Position numbers and translations under genes: made by a program | Part shown: positions 26,481 through 39,474 of the stretch, in pieces | Numbering within the stretch: position 1 is the stretch's first letter | Layout of the letters: every line of letters begins with the position of its first letter | Notes under the pieces: generated by a model | Told to the model about the DNA's origin: nothing | What the model saw: only the letters and a program-made list of their open reading frames with translations | Database searches by the model: none | NCBI GenBank assembly: GCA_003971905.1 | Contig: RSEE01000056.1 | Coordinates: forward strand, 248,001-312,000 | Origin: Moniliella sp. 'wahieum' | Taxonomy: Eukaryota | Length of the DNA stretch: 64,000 bases | Reading direction: 5' to 3'

Positions 26481-29400
26481 GGTGGGAAGATGGAATGCGT
26501 GAAAGGCAGAAAACGTAGGCGAGAGTTGGGTATGTGGGGAAAGGAGGAGAGGCGTGTAAGTTGCGACGGTAGTATATATAGGACCATGTATTCACTCACC
26601 ACAGATCTGGGGATGCTTGTCCCCTTCTCACCAGAAGACAAAAATATACCATTTCCCCCTGCCTCGGGATTATACCAGCAAGTGTGCGGTGACCGCAATG
26701 ATGAAGAGAGTGGCATAGAGTGGCTTTCCTTCGGTGTTGTGAACAGAAGGGGGGTATACTGTGTTGGTGCACAAGTACTAAAGTATGTAAGAGACTTTCC
26801 TAACGTCGTCAGCCCCTCCCCTGCTTTTTTCGAAAGAGGGGGGTCACGGGGGTTCCACCCCGCCGCGGTTGTCTCTCTCTCCGCCCGAAGACGATCTTCA
26901 CCAGTTCCTGCCCCTTGTGGGGGCGTTATACATGGTTCGGTTTTTTAACGTTCCCCGCGGTAACGTAACCGGTAACCGTTCACCCATATGTAAACAAACC
27001 TGTGGCGTTGTATTTGCTTGCACGCAACATCTGCATGTCACATTTTTGTCTCACGTTACAACTAGAGGAACGCGGGGCCACAGCTAAAGCGGGCGGGGGG
27101 GTGTCTTTGGGCGGGTTATATAACCGGCTCCATGGGCGCAATGCAAATCAGGGTGGTATCACATGTCACAGGCACCGTCGCGGGCTATAGTCGGCTAGTC
27201 CCTAGCTAGTCCCTGTTAGGCACCAGGGACCAGGCACCTGTCAGATACTCGAGATACCAGGTCTCAGATGTCACATGTCATGCATGTCACCGGTCAGGCC
27301 CAGGGCTCAGGCTCTTCTCAGCCGAGCTAAGGCGCTCAGGCGCTCAGGGACAGTCAAGGTCTATAGACTATAAAAGCCGCCAAGACCAGTATGTCAAGCT
27401 TTTCAAGAGTTTTAAGCACTACTAATAACTACACTTTACCAGTATCATATACACCGTGTGCACTTGCCGGTTTGCTTTTTTTTGTTGTGTTTCGGTAACG
27501 CAAATGTTCCGAATTCGAATGGATGTGCTGTGGCGTTCAAGTCGTGAACCAATAACCCTCAATGTGTTCAACCTTCGCCGGCCTGAGGTCAGTGACCGGC
27601 CTGGCTTTTCTTTTGTGGTACAAAAGAATGATGAAAGGATGACAAGATGTATTTGTAATGGCCTTCTCACATATATGTATGCACAGAATCGAGGTCGCCA
27701 TATACCTCTGTGATTTCCTTTTAATTCATCTACTATAGTCGATGACTCCATGTTTTCTTTGCAATTCATCGTGAAGTGCTGTTGAGAAACCCCCGAGACC
27801 GGAAGAAACGCATAGCGGCTGTGTTGCTGCTTGGGCGGTATTGTTTCGGGACTTGTTTTGAACTTACAGTGCACAGCCTCTCTGTGATAACAGAAGGCGT
27901 ACTACTACGTTGCTTCAGTCTTTATAATAACCGTATAAAACCTTCTGTATATACCCGTAACGGCTTTCGGTTACCCCGGTTACAGTTTAGTACCGGTCTT
28001 AGATATCTTACCCTTGAAAGCGTGACCCGTCCTCATTGCTGGGAGATAGCCTTTTGGGCAGTACCTATTACCTCTCTCCAGATACCAGATGAGCTTTGCA
28101 TTCATCGCTATCCCTCTATTATATCCCTCTATATCCCTCATCACTAGTCACTTGCGTACGCTTCTCCTATATAGAGACAACAACTGATGAGGCCCGGGGT
28201 CTATCATTGCTCCATCCACGCACGAGAACATCCTTCCTTTTTTTCACTCCCTCTCTCTTGCCTCTTCCTTCCTGCCGGGCGAGTGGCAAGGATCGACAAT
28301 GATTAATGATCTGCAGGTTGCCAATATATATGACCGGTACGGCCGGTTGTACTTCATATTGAGCACATTATACAGCACCCCCGTTGCCTGGTTGCGCTCT
28401 CGCCCAAATGTGAGATCGATCCTCGAGCGCAGGTGAGCAGTCCTCTGTCTCCTTCCCCTGGTTTTTTTATCTTTGTCTTAAACCACATTCGACCCCCCCC
28501 CACCATGCATCAGGCCTCCGGTATTATATCATCGACCATCGGTCATCACCTGTTTTGGAGGGTAGTGCTAGGTAGAGTTCCCTTTACGGCAGTCAACTTC
28601 AAGTTGGTCGGTGAATAAGCTTGAAGGTCTCGCCTAGTTGGACGGAGGAGTTCTGCTCAGCGCTCACAGGCTTCGCACACCCTAGTATGCTCGCTCCATC
28701 TCACTCTCTCCTGTCTCATTCCCTTCCGACGTTGCTTGAAGACTTGTGGCTCACCACTTTGCCTTCACGCCTTGTCTGAAGGCTGCTTTTTTCATGCGAT
28801 TGCCGAGTGATGCTCCCAGTCGTACTCCAGCATCACCTTGTGGGGAAAAGGGGAATTAAACATCAACAATTCTTTTGGTTTTACCAAGGAGGGTATATAT
28901 ACTGAAGGAGTACTTCACTCGGTACATCTGTGCGAAGTCTATCGGCGCTGAATCTAGTTCACATAATATAAGAGAGCCACACTGTTTTTATATGAGTCGT
29001 AAGTTGCAAGTTTTGCGTATGCCAATAAAAGGAAGAGAGGAGCCCCGACAGTATATAATTATTGAAGACGAGATGACGAGAGGGGTGTGAGCCGTCACAT
29101 AAACCTTACAGCTCAAACGTTGTGGGCAGAGGGTATATCCTTGGGAGATAAATAGTTCTCATTTCTCCCACCCCCAAAGGATGTGGATGCTCTGCTCTCT
29201 GTGAACAGAGGGTGCTAGAGAAAAGGCAGAGGGCATCTATCCCCGATAGTCACAACATCGCTACAGATATTCTCTGTCACCAACGGGCAAGAAGACGGGC
29301 CGGCGAGACCTTAGCCGAGACTTGCGCACTCCGCGGGAGTAGCCCCCTCCGTTTTCATGTGAGTCAGCCGGCCCAAAGCGATGCAATGATCTCCTCCCAC

Positions 29401-31484
29401 AGATGGAGTACAAATGAGGAAACTCCGCACCGAAATGCGTAAAGACATGTCTTTTTGAAGGGGAGCGTGATGTTCAGGGCCTTCCCTCGGATCCAATTTG
29501 TGTTGATAACGCTCAAATGGGCCGTGCGTAACCGTTGGCGATGAGAACTGTCACCCCTTACCTTTCTATATTTTCCGTTCTTACCCACACGTTTTTGTTC
29601 CCGCTGGTGACGGAGCAAAGCAGGTCTGCTTTTCCTGTTTTTCCCTGCCCGGGAACAGTCTCCCATGTGTGGCGACTGTTCCCAAGCTAATGTTTTCTAA
29701 CCTCTCGTTCTCCCTCTCTACTGGGTTGTTTCCCAATAGTCCCTTTTCCTGTGTAGCCTATGATGCTTCGTGGTTTTCTTCCACGATCCCCATTGGCGTC
29801 CCACACCTTCTTCAATCCAACCGTACCGTCGGTAACTTCTCCTCGTCGTTGGCACATTTTCTCTCCATCACATCGCCTCTCAACTGGGCATATATATCAG
29901 CTATTAAGTTTATCAGCCGTTCAGAGTTAGTCTTTCCTGTATCCAATCCGTGGTAGCTCCACTGCAGCAGCCCTAACTTCCAGTCTCAGCAGTACCAATT
30001 CCAGTTCCCGCGCCAGTCCAAGTTGTGGCAGTGTTGTCTCCGCTGCCTTTCCACCCGTCCCCAGTACGAATGTCTTTGGACACTTTGCTACTGTTGCCAA
30101 GGTCTGTACCTATACCTGCCTCTCGCCATATAAGTCTCTGCCATGATGCGTCGAGGGGCCCCAGACGGGACCCGGCCATGACATTCTGTTTCATACATAT
30201 GTTAAAACTATATCAGTCTCGAGTTTGTCATCAATCGCGGTGCGAGAGGCACCAAAGCCTCACCATCTCATTCCAATTCTCAATGAAATGAGTATGCATC
30301 ATATTGGGCTGTCCTTCGCAGCCTAGAGTAGATTATGCTCTCATTTTTGGGTATCGTCAGCACCACACACCATTTATCCACGGATGGGGACCAGAAGAAA
30401 AGATGTATATTCCAAGAAACAATAAGACCTAGGCACTGATGAGTACGTAGAGTAGTTGTCCACAGCAAACTGTGATGAAGCCGCCATTCACCTTGAATTC
30501 AACGAAAGTGCCGAACGAACAGCATCTCCCGCAATGCCTATACGTCATTACACTCTCTTTTCTGTCGTAAGGTGCTTTGGAATGCTCCTGAAAGACGCGC
30601 TACGACCCCACAACATAAGTGGTCAAAACCCTCCCACACCTTGTGTTTTATTTTGACGAAACGCTAAGGATTCCCCCCACAAATGAGATAAAGCCAATGT
30701 ACTCTGCTGTCTTCAAATCGTTTTCAAAAGCATTATACATCTCCCCTTGCAGTTACCCAGCTTTCCAGCTCTCGAGTCCTTGGTGCTTTTCGAACACATG
30801 TATCGGAAGAAGTGCAGGATTAACGAGGCCCACAAACCCACAACACTTTTGCTAATGGGAGCACGTTGTAGCATTTATATATGCGCACTCTGGTGGATGG
30901 CGTATGGTCACAGTGGGTCTATTACGCCAGCGAACAGAGCCACCCCCCTTCCGGCGTCGAGAGCATAGGGCGTACAAAAGTACATATGCAGAAGAGAGCG
31001 CACGCGAATCATGGAGGGCAGTCCTTATCGAAACATATCAGCAGTATTTCCTTCCTCTCTGTGTGTGGAGACGCTCTTGTTGCTGTATCTGCCCAGCGTA
31101 GTGTGTATAATACACAGCAGTACATTTTTTATGAATCCCCACTATATACGCTCAGGGGGAAGACGAACCATAGCTGCTTATCGCCCCTGTATACTGCAGC
31201 GATTTATCGTTGGGCGCGCTGTGAAATGTTGAAGCGGCGGTGTTGAAAACGCTTTGAAACCGCGAGTCGGCCCGGTGGCACAGTTCGAATCCCGCATGGG
31301 GCCACTGTAGAGCAGCAATGACATCAGTGTTGTGTGAAGTGTGAAAGCGGGAATTAGGTCAGCATGCGGCGCCAGCTGCTCCATGGAGGGTTTGGCTCGT
31401 TCGATAGCCTCATTCTCAGCCCGCCACCACCTTGTCTGGCTGCCCCATCGTCCCCGCCTAATCGGTTATCCCCTGTGCATCACC

Positions 31485-33239
31485 ATGGCTCCCGAACCGA
31501 CCCAGACGAAGCGTCTACCCACCGACTACAACCTGGGCCCAGAGCAGAGCTCCCCTGACAATGAGGAACCGACCCAGTCGTCCAAGATCAAGTCTCTGCT
31601 CGGTATCCTGAAGAAGGTTGTGGCGTCAAGGATTTGGCCGCCATGTAAGTCCAGCCCCCTCTTGCGACCGCAATGTTTGCTGACCCTATCCGTGCCCTCT
31701 ATCCAGCCGGTTCTCTCTCCCGGCCAGCTTGATGGAACCCATTGTGCGTCTTTCTCTCCCTTGCCTGTAATGAGCAAATACTAACTCGTCTCACTTCCAC
31801 AGCCCAACCTCGAGTACTGGACTTACCTCGACCGGGCAGACCTCTTCGCCACGATTCCCGACTTTGACCAGCCTCTGGATCGAATGCTGGCTGTTCTACG
31901 CTTCGCTCTAACGAAAGACCTGAAGGTGATCAAGAATGGGGTCTGCAAACCGTACAATTCTATTTTAGGCGAGCATTTCCAATGCCACTGGGACGTGGAG
32001 ACCCCGATTGTGCATAAAAAGTCCGGGCAGATCGTCCGGTGCAGAACTTGGACAACAAGCAGCCTACGCCTATGCCCATGGCCCCCACGAAAGGAGAGAA
32101 GGCGGCGCCGTCCTCACCTTCCACGCCCAAGCGCGGGTTTGCCAAGCTGCGCACCGCAGGTTCTTCCACCCCCATGAACGGGTCTGAGGCGGCGCTGGAT
32201 GTGCTCACCAGTGACTCGGCCCAGGCTGGGAGCAAGATGCCCTCGCAGAAGCGGCGCATCGTGTTTCTTACTGAGCAGGTGTCTCATCACCCGCCCGTCT
32301 CGACCTTCTATGGCTCATCAGCTGAGGCTGGCATTGAGATTTCCGGGGTGGACCAAATGTCGGGCAGGTTCACAGGCACGTCAGTGCGTATCTATGCCGG
32401 ATCGCTGAACCGGGGCGTATTCATTAAGCTCCTTCCTACCGCAGCGGGCAAGGAGGCTGCGGGGGAGAGGTACCGCATCACTCACCCTACCGCTTCGATC
32501 AATGGACTGCTTCGTGGCAGCCTGTGGGTGAGCATGGCCGATGCGACGGTGATTGACTCTTATGGTGGCTCGCGGGCAAGTGATCGCCCGGACAACAGCG
32601 GTGGGACTCGGCTCCGCGCTCTGATCGAGTACAAGGAGGAGGGGTGGCTAGGCAAGGCCAAGTACGCGGTGGAGGGTGTGATTTACGAATACGACTGGGT
32701 ACGTGGAGCGGGTTTGACTGATGAGGAGGATCTCCCGGATGGCGAGCAGACAGGCCCTGCGTACTGGACCAAGGTCAAGCAAGTGCCTGCGGACAAGGTT
32801 GTGGCTACCTTCGAGGGTCAATGGAACGGAAAGATCATGTTCAAGATCAAGGGAGACAAGGTATGTACTCCACGTGTCCTTCTCCTCGTCATCCGGATAC
32901 AATACTAACTTATTCTTTTCACAGGAGTCACGTCTCTTGGTCAACCTGGCCGATCTGAACGTCACGCCCAAAACGGTGCGGCCGGTGGAGGACCATGGCC
33001 CACTCGAGTCGCGGCGGATCTGGGCGCCAGTGACGCAGGCGATCCAGACAAAGCAATATTCTGAAGCGACCAAGTCCAAGCAGGAGATTGAACAACAGCA
33101 GCGCGACCTGGCCGCAGAGCGCAAACGCACGGGACAAGAGTTTGTGCCGCAGTTCTTCTCTAACGAGTACTCCTCGGGTCGGCCGACTCTCTCCCTGGCA
33201 GGCCGCAAGGCGTTGGCGGAGGAGCAGGCACTGCCCTAG
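31485..33239 (+). CDS. Oxysterol-binding protein family (OBPa/Osh-like)
   Basis: KPYNSILGEHF, FLTEQVSHHPPVS, ESRRIWAPVTQAI..ATKSKQEIEQQQR; three introns. Confidence 0.95.
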
Positions 33240-34296
33240 TTGGGCCCAGTGGCGTCCTTGGATTTCGCTGGCCCTACTACATCTGTGGTTGGACTATTAT
33301 CGTGCTTCTCTCGGTCTCGTGTCATACTTGTGCTCCCGCTCTGCTCCCTTCGTGCTCCCTATCTCTCACTGCCCTGGGACGAACACTTTCGCATCACTCT
33401 ACTTGTGACCCATTGACTTCTAGATCCGCTTCTTGGTGTGGCGAAAGAGGTTCTCTTGTGTGTTCCTGGGAGCTGTAGCACTAATAGGTGTAGTATAGTG
33501 CACATGCCGACGCGCCAAAGGCTAGTGCACTATTGCCTTTTTGTTTTTGGCTTGCCTGCCCACTGCATGTCAACTGGGAGCTCCATTCCTGTGTTTTTGA
33601 CAGGTGAGGGTCTGAGGACAGGTGGCGGTGTTTGGCCGAGCAGCTGGACTAGATGGTCAATGATTTCGAGTAATGTGAAGCTAATGAAGACTGAGGTTAA
33701 TGAGGTCGGTGGCCGGTGGGTGGATGGGAACGACCTGGAGATGACGATTATCCGGCCGATCATCGAGATTAACTATCGGTTATCGACGCCTCTTATTGAA
33801 GCTTGAAGCTTGATTTTTCGCCATCCAAGAGCCGGCGCTTGCCACAGCCTGGCCAGGGTGGCGGCACGCAGACACAGAAACCCCACACACTGCCCGCGTG
33901 CGCCGCCTAGCTGGTCCCTGGTGGGCGGGGCGCAGGCCAGCGAGGCGGCGGTCGGGCCCAGCGCCCAGGCCGAGACCGGAACACTGGCGAGGAGCTGCGC
34001 GGGGCAGCGCTTGGGCGCGATCCGGTTTAAACGTTAAACGTTAACACAGGCGCAACATAGCAGGTGTTACATGGTAATGCTACCGGCACCAACGCAGAGC
34101 GCTTGTTTGGGTTTCGATCTCAGATGCAATTGTTCCACAAACAATGGAGGCCTCGTTGATGCTTTCTTGGTTACTAGCTGCGCGATTCAATATTCATGCC
34201 TGGTACATGGTTCGTGTTACCCACCGTGCCTCTGCCCCTTCCCACCACCACCCCCTACGTGGAGCGCAGGAAGAAGGAAGAGGGAAACCATTCTCG

Positions 34297-37210
34297 ATGG
34301 GCCACACGTCGTCCAAGCCAAGCACCGCTGATCCAACCCGTAATACAGCTGCGCCGGCCGTGGCCCGGGGTTCAGCGGGGCCCACTGAATCTCGACCATC
34401 TCACCCTCGCACGCCTCCTCGCCCCCCCCCGCCGCCCCCACAATCCATCGGAACCCAACCTCCAGTCCAACCCCAAGCCGATTTCCAAACCCAAGCTTAC
34501 ATCGAAATCAAATTCCACCAAATCGCCTTCGCCGCTCCTTCGCCCCTTGCTGCTGATGCCGGACAACCTGTCCCAGAACGTCTCCCGCCATTCTGTGCCC
34601 CCTGCAAATGGACATGCAGCGCAACGCATTGAGCGTCCCCGCTCTGCCCCGGGGAGGAGCGCAGCTGGCCCCCGTTGCAAATCACAGCACCTTCCCCGCA
34701 TGACACCAACCACGATGGCGGCAACCCACCCGTACCGATTCTTATAGCAGACCCGGCCGACGACCGTGCTTACTCTTCTGCGCCATTGAGGTCACGATAC
34801 CTGCAAACCGTCTCTCCCATCCTTGAGACGGGTGAGGACGGGCAGGGTGAAGAGTGGGTCCTGGGGTGCACAGATCGCTCCCTTTCCCGCCTTGCCTTCC
34901 GTTCCGGCCCCACACCGTCCCAAAGCCCCTTCTCCATCCTCGGCGGATATAACAGCAAACCAGCCTTGCAGCCCTTTCCTCGCCGCTGCCCCCACATCCA
35001 TGTTGCCTCGATGCCTATCAGCCCCTACCCACTTGCTTCCCCAGGATTCGCCTCGTTACTTGCAGCCTGATCAGGTGCGTTCTTTTTATATCTCTGGCCC
35101 CGTTAGCTGCTATTCGTCATGTATTGACACTTCTCACTTTGCATAGCACATTCCTGCGGAATCAACTACAAAGATCCAGACTCCAGAAAACAGGCCCACC
35201 CGGATCCACCCACGCTGGCAAAGTGTCCCTCCCCTCTCTCACTCCGGCCCGCCGCAGAAGAAACCGGTGTCATGGTCTGGATACGAGATACCACGACACC
35301 TGTTGGCCGAGGAAGAACAGAGGGACCGGGGGTATGGGGCCGACATGCGGAGCCCATCATCGTTGGGGATGCGTTCTTCTCCACTGGAAGCCAACGTGTT
35401 AGCTCTAGAGGCCCATCCTTTGGTTCACACTGGCGAGGAGGGTTCAACCCAACCTAGCCAATATGACCGCTCCCGTATGGCTGTCACATCGACCCCGTCT
35501 AACCTAAGAGCTCATCCGGCCGCTTGGAGCACAAATGCAGCGTCCCACGCGGGACTCGGGTTGTTTGATCCAACTGGGGGACGAAGGACCAACGCCAGAA
35601 GCGCAAGCGGCGGTCATGGGTTTGGATCCTGAACGCTTCCCTTTCCAGCATCTGATAGCAGGAGATCATCCTGAACAGGAAGACGAAGGACGACACACAG
35701 AGCACCAGCTCCTATGGAGAAGTCCGCACCATTGTTGACAACTCCGTCCGCCTCTGGGCAGTGAAATCTTGCCTACATCTTCCCCAACCTCCACGCAGCC
35801 AGCGTTCACTCCTGCTACGGAGGAGCAGCTAAATCTGCTCATGACGTTTCATGCCTCATCCTCTACTCCGCACGTGCTTTCAGATGCGTACGAAAAATAC
35901 CTGCACGCCATTGGGGGGAAGCCCCGCCGCAACGCAGATGGGATGCGGTGGGACCATCCTGTCCCCCCGCCGCGGAGTGCAAAAAGAGGATCGGTTATTC
36001 ATGGTTCACCCCGTGACGTGCCACAGAGGGAAAGAAAGATATCGCGGCCTCAGTCAGATGTGATGTCGTCCGCTGCCTCACCCTCCTTTGGGGTGAGCGC
36101 CTTGCCCAATACATTGGAACACCCACTCTCCCTTGCTTCCACTCCGTCTCTGGAATCGCCCTCGGGACTCGTCCGTCCGCTCAGTCCTTCCTGCTCCGCC
36201 AACGCTCCTTCGCCGTGCCTTGCACCCGCGATGCATCTCTCTTCCTTCGATCCAGTGCAATCGCCAATCTCTCCACATGAGGAAGGCGTGATCTTGCGCC
36301 ATGCCAGACCGAGCCAGGCCTCCATCACCTCACCGCTTCGCACTTTTGGTCGCACTACCCTTCCCGTACTTGGAGTTACGCCGTACTTGCGTCACACTAC
36401 CTACACTTCCTCCCCCTCGCTGTGCTCTTCAGAGCAATCATACCAGCCACCCGACTCACCCGCTCCATCCGCTCGCAGCGTAAGTTCAGAGGGCTCTCCT
36501 CCACCGCCACAGGGCACACAGGCCTCCCTTGCCATTCTCCGCGCAATGGAACGAAGCCAAGAGGAAAGAGGGCGGGGATGCACCGATAAACCCGTTGAAC
36601 GCGCCTTCTTCCATGCTGGCATACCCACCGGGGCCACTAGAGGGTCAGTAATTGAGCAGCATTCTGCAGCGGAAGGATCCTCAATACGACCCCAGCTCAG
36701 ACCGCTGTCTCCTCCTTTGTCACCGCGCAAGACTGCGCCTGTGCCTGCGCTTGCTCCTAAACCAAGTTTCACCACCCTGGAGGCGGAGGAGATTGGACGT
36801 CTGCTCCAGACGCTGGTGGCACACAAGAAAGTCAAGCGTCTGCGCCCGCCGCGATTGCCGCATTGGCGAAGAGCGAGAGCGACGATTCGGACGAGGAGGA
36901 GGCGCGTCGCCCGAGGCCGGCGTCTCCATCTTCGCTCTCAGGAAGCATGGAACACTTGGCTGACCCCGTGGCGGTCGAAAGTTCGCCTGAACCCATTTCG
37001 CTCGTTTGGGCCCGTGAACAGGCGTCCGTGCGCAAGGCAGATTCCGGTTCTTCCCTCGACCCAGGCCGGTTGGGGGACACTGACACACCCTCCAGTGGGG
37101 TCCGCCCCTTGTCCCTAGCCGTTAACGGACCCCCCCCGCTCGTCCAAGGCGCGCACCCGGCCGGAGCACCCCGCAGTGGCGTACATCGGTCCAAGCTCTT
37201 CCTCCATTGA
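34297..37210 (+). CDS. Hypothetical Ser/Pro-rich protein with N-myristoylation-like start
   Basis: MGHTSSK start; chained ORFs including 449 aa at 35769..37118; probable intron about 35074-35146. Confidence 0.6.
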
Positions 37211-37780
37211 AACGGTTGGCTGAAACCAGTGGGTGCTCTGCATTGACGGACGTGTACCTCGTCCCCACCAACTCCCCAAACTCGCACACACGCACGTTAC
37301 CTATTTCCGCACACTACACGGCTGCCGTGGCCATCACAATTACATTGGCGTCCCTATCTCCTATCTTTGTAAAACCAACAGTGCCATATGGTGCAAAAGG
37401 ACAAGGGCTTCCTATATTCGAACGTTCGTTGCATTTACAGGGATACAGGTTGTGCTAGTCCGCCAACAGGCCGTTAGCGCAAAAACTTTTCGTTATCGTT
37501 CTTCCAGCGAACAGTCCCTCCCACATTTTTACGCTGTTGGCCTCCCGTTAACAGAAAGCTCCGTGGGCTCTGACCATTGAACTTCAGTTTAGCGCTCCTT
37601 CACTCTGGTGTGCAAGATGGACCGGACGAGTGGGAGTGTATGTTCGCGGGCGTGCGTGGATATCGTTCCACCATCCTTGAAGCAGGGTTAGGTAGACCAG
37701 CAGAACAAAGGTAGATTGGACCCAAAATGTCGGCATGAGATGGAGCACCACAACTACACGCCTTGCCAGCGAAGCGTATA

Positions 37781-37877
37781 CTCTCCTTAGCTCAGTTGGA
37801 AGAGCGTCAGATTGTAATTGGTCACGTGGAAGCCCCTTCCGCTCTGAATGTCCTGGGTTCGACTCCCAGAGGGGAGA
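37781..37877 (+). tRNA. tRNA-Tyr(GTA) with intron
   Basis: Complete cloverleaf with CTCTCCT/AGGGGAG acceptor and discriminator A; exons match the 23473 copy apart from one G. Confidence 0.95.
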
Positions 37878-38044
37878 TTTCTTTTGCAACTGGCGTGAGG
37901 TGGGGCTGCCAAGAGTTGCACCCTACTCAAGCGGCTGGCCCGCGGGTAACCCCAACATTAAATTAAGCGCTGGCCAGGATGGCCTGAAAGTGGCCTTCCC
38001 GCTCATGAGTTACTTCTCCCCCCCACCACCATCCCCAGTAAGCC

Positions 38045-39474
38045 ATGGGCGTTCTTACGCACCTCCCGTCTTGGGTCCAACCTATCGTCGGCAACCCTCT
38101 CAACCTTCTGCTTCTCCTCCTTCTCATCCAATTTGTTCGTCCTGCCCTGCGCCCCTGGACTGCTTGCCTCACCGCACCCTCGCGCTCGGCCTCATTCCTC
38201 CTCCTCTACCCCACTCCGGCTGAGGCAAAGTTGCGTGGCCTCCCCGGCCACCTGGGGGCTGGTGTAGGTACTTTTTCGCGTCCCCCGCAGATCCCGACCG
38301 GTGGGGGCGGCGGTGGGTTTCACGGCGGGAACCCAGTTGCCGAAGCTCAGGCCCGCAAGCAGGCAGTGGAGGATGGGGCGCAAACAACCCGGACGCGGTG
38401 GAGGAACTATCTGCGCCGGCTTGGTCGGGCAGAGCATGCTCCGGAACAACGAAAAGAAGTACTGCTGTCTGCGCGGGCCGGCGTACAAGTGCGCACCCGG
38501 CGGGGCGTTGGGCGCATCCTTCCCCCTTCCCGGATGGCGGAGAGGAGGTAGGATACAGCTCCCTCCCCACATACCACACTTCGGTCTCGGTCTGGCGTCG
38601 TTACACTCCCAAGATGCTCGCCCGTTCGATGGTGCCGGACTGGTTCTCTCCGAGGAAGAGAAGGCCCGCGTCGCGGACCCTCGGCGCGAAGCAGGACATA
38701 ACCCCCATGTCGAGACCGGTTCTTCCCCTGGCACGATGGACGCGGGACAGGATGCACCTCTTCCTGCAGGTCATCCGCCTGTCCCGGAAGGTGCCGATGC
38801 GTCACACTGCCCTGCCTCGGCATCGTGGGCTCGTAGCCCCACCCCCCTGCCGCTGCTACCGAGGAGAAGACGCTGCCAGAGGCCGAAGCAGTGGAGCAAG
38901 CTCCGCTTCCTCCTGGCCACCCCCTGTACCAATGGGTGCAGGTATCTCTCAGTGCCCTGGCCTTGCGCGGGTGGGTGAGAAGACGGCGGTAAAGAAAGAG
39001 GAGCCCCCCTCTGAGCCTACCCCTGCCCTATCCCTACCCCTTCTCCCCTTTGGCCGATGATGATGCCCAGGCGGAGTGGGAAGATCTGGTAGGGAGTTAC
39101 TGTGGACCGACGCATTCTGGGTCGTCAGCAAGCGGCTCGGGGGTGATCTTGATTGGGATCAATGGACGGGTGTATGATGTTTCGTCGGGGCGGGCGTTTT
39201 ATGGTCCGGGAGGTCCCTATTCATCGTTGCAGGACGCGACGCGACACTGGGCCTGTCCAAGAACTCGTTTGACGCGGACATTCTCCCGTCCTGACTGAGC
39301 GCCCCCTCTGTCCCCTTAACTCCTGGGGCACCTCCCATGGAGCTCCATGCAGACGCCGGACCGGTTGCCCGTGCTACGAGGGACCTGACCAAAGCAGAAC
39401 GCTATGCTTTGGCTGACTGGATCGAGATGTTTGAGTCCAAGTACGGTGTTGTGGGCGAGCTGGTTGCGGAATGA
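38045..39474 (+). CDS. Cytochrome b5-like heme/steroid-binding MAPR (Dap1-like) protein with insertion
   Basis: N-terminal TM segment; RYTPKMLAPFDG...ILIGINGRVYDVSSGRAFYGPGGPY..AGRDAT; LADWIEMFESKYGVVGELV. Confidence 0.88.

Noticed and set aside
28630..28670. Short similarity to 53240-53275 and 25050-25080
   Set aside because: Matches are about 15 bp and in different order, too weak to call a repeat family
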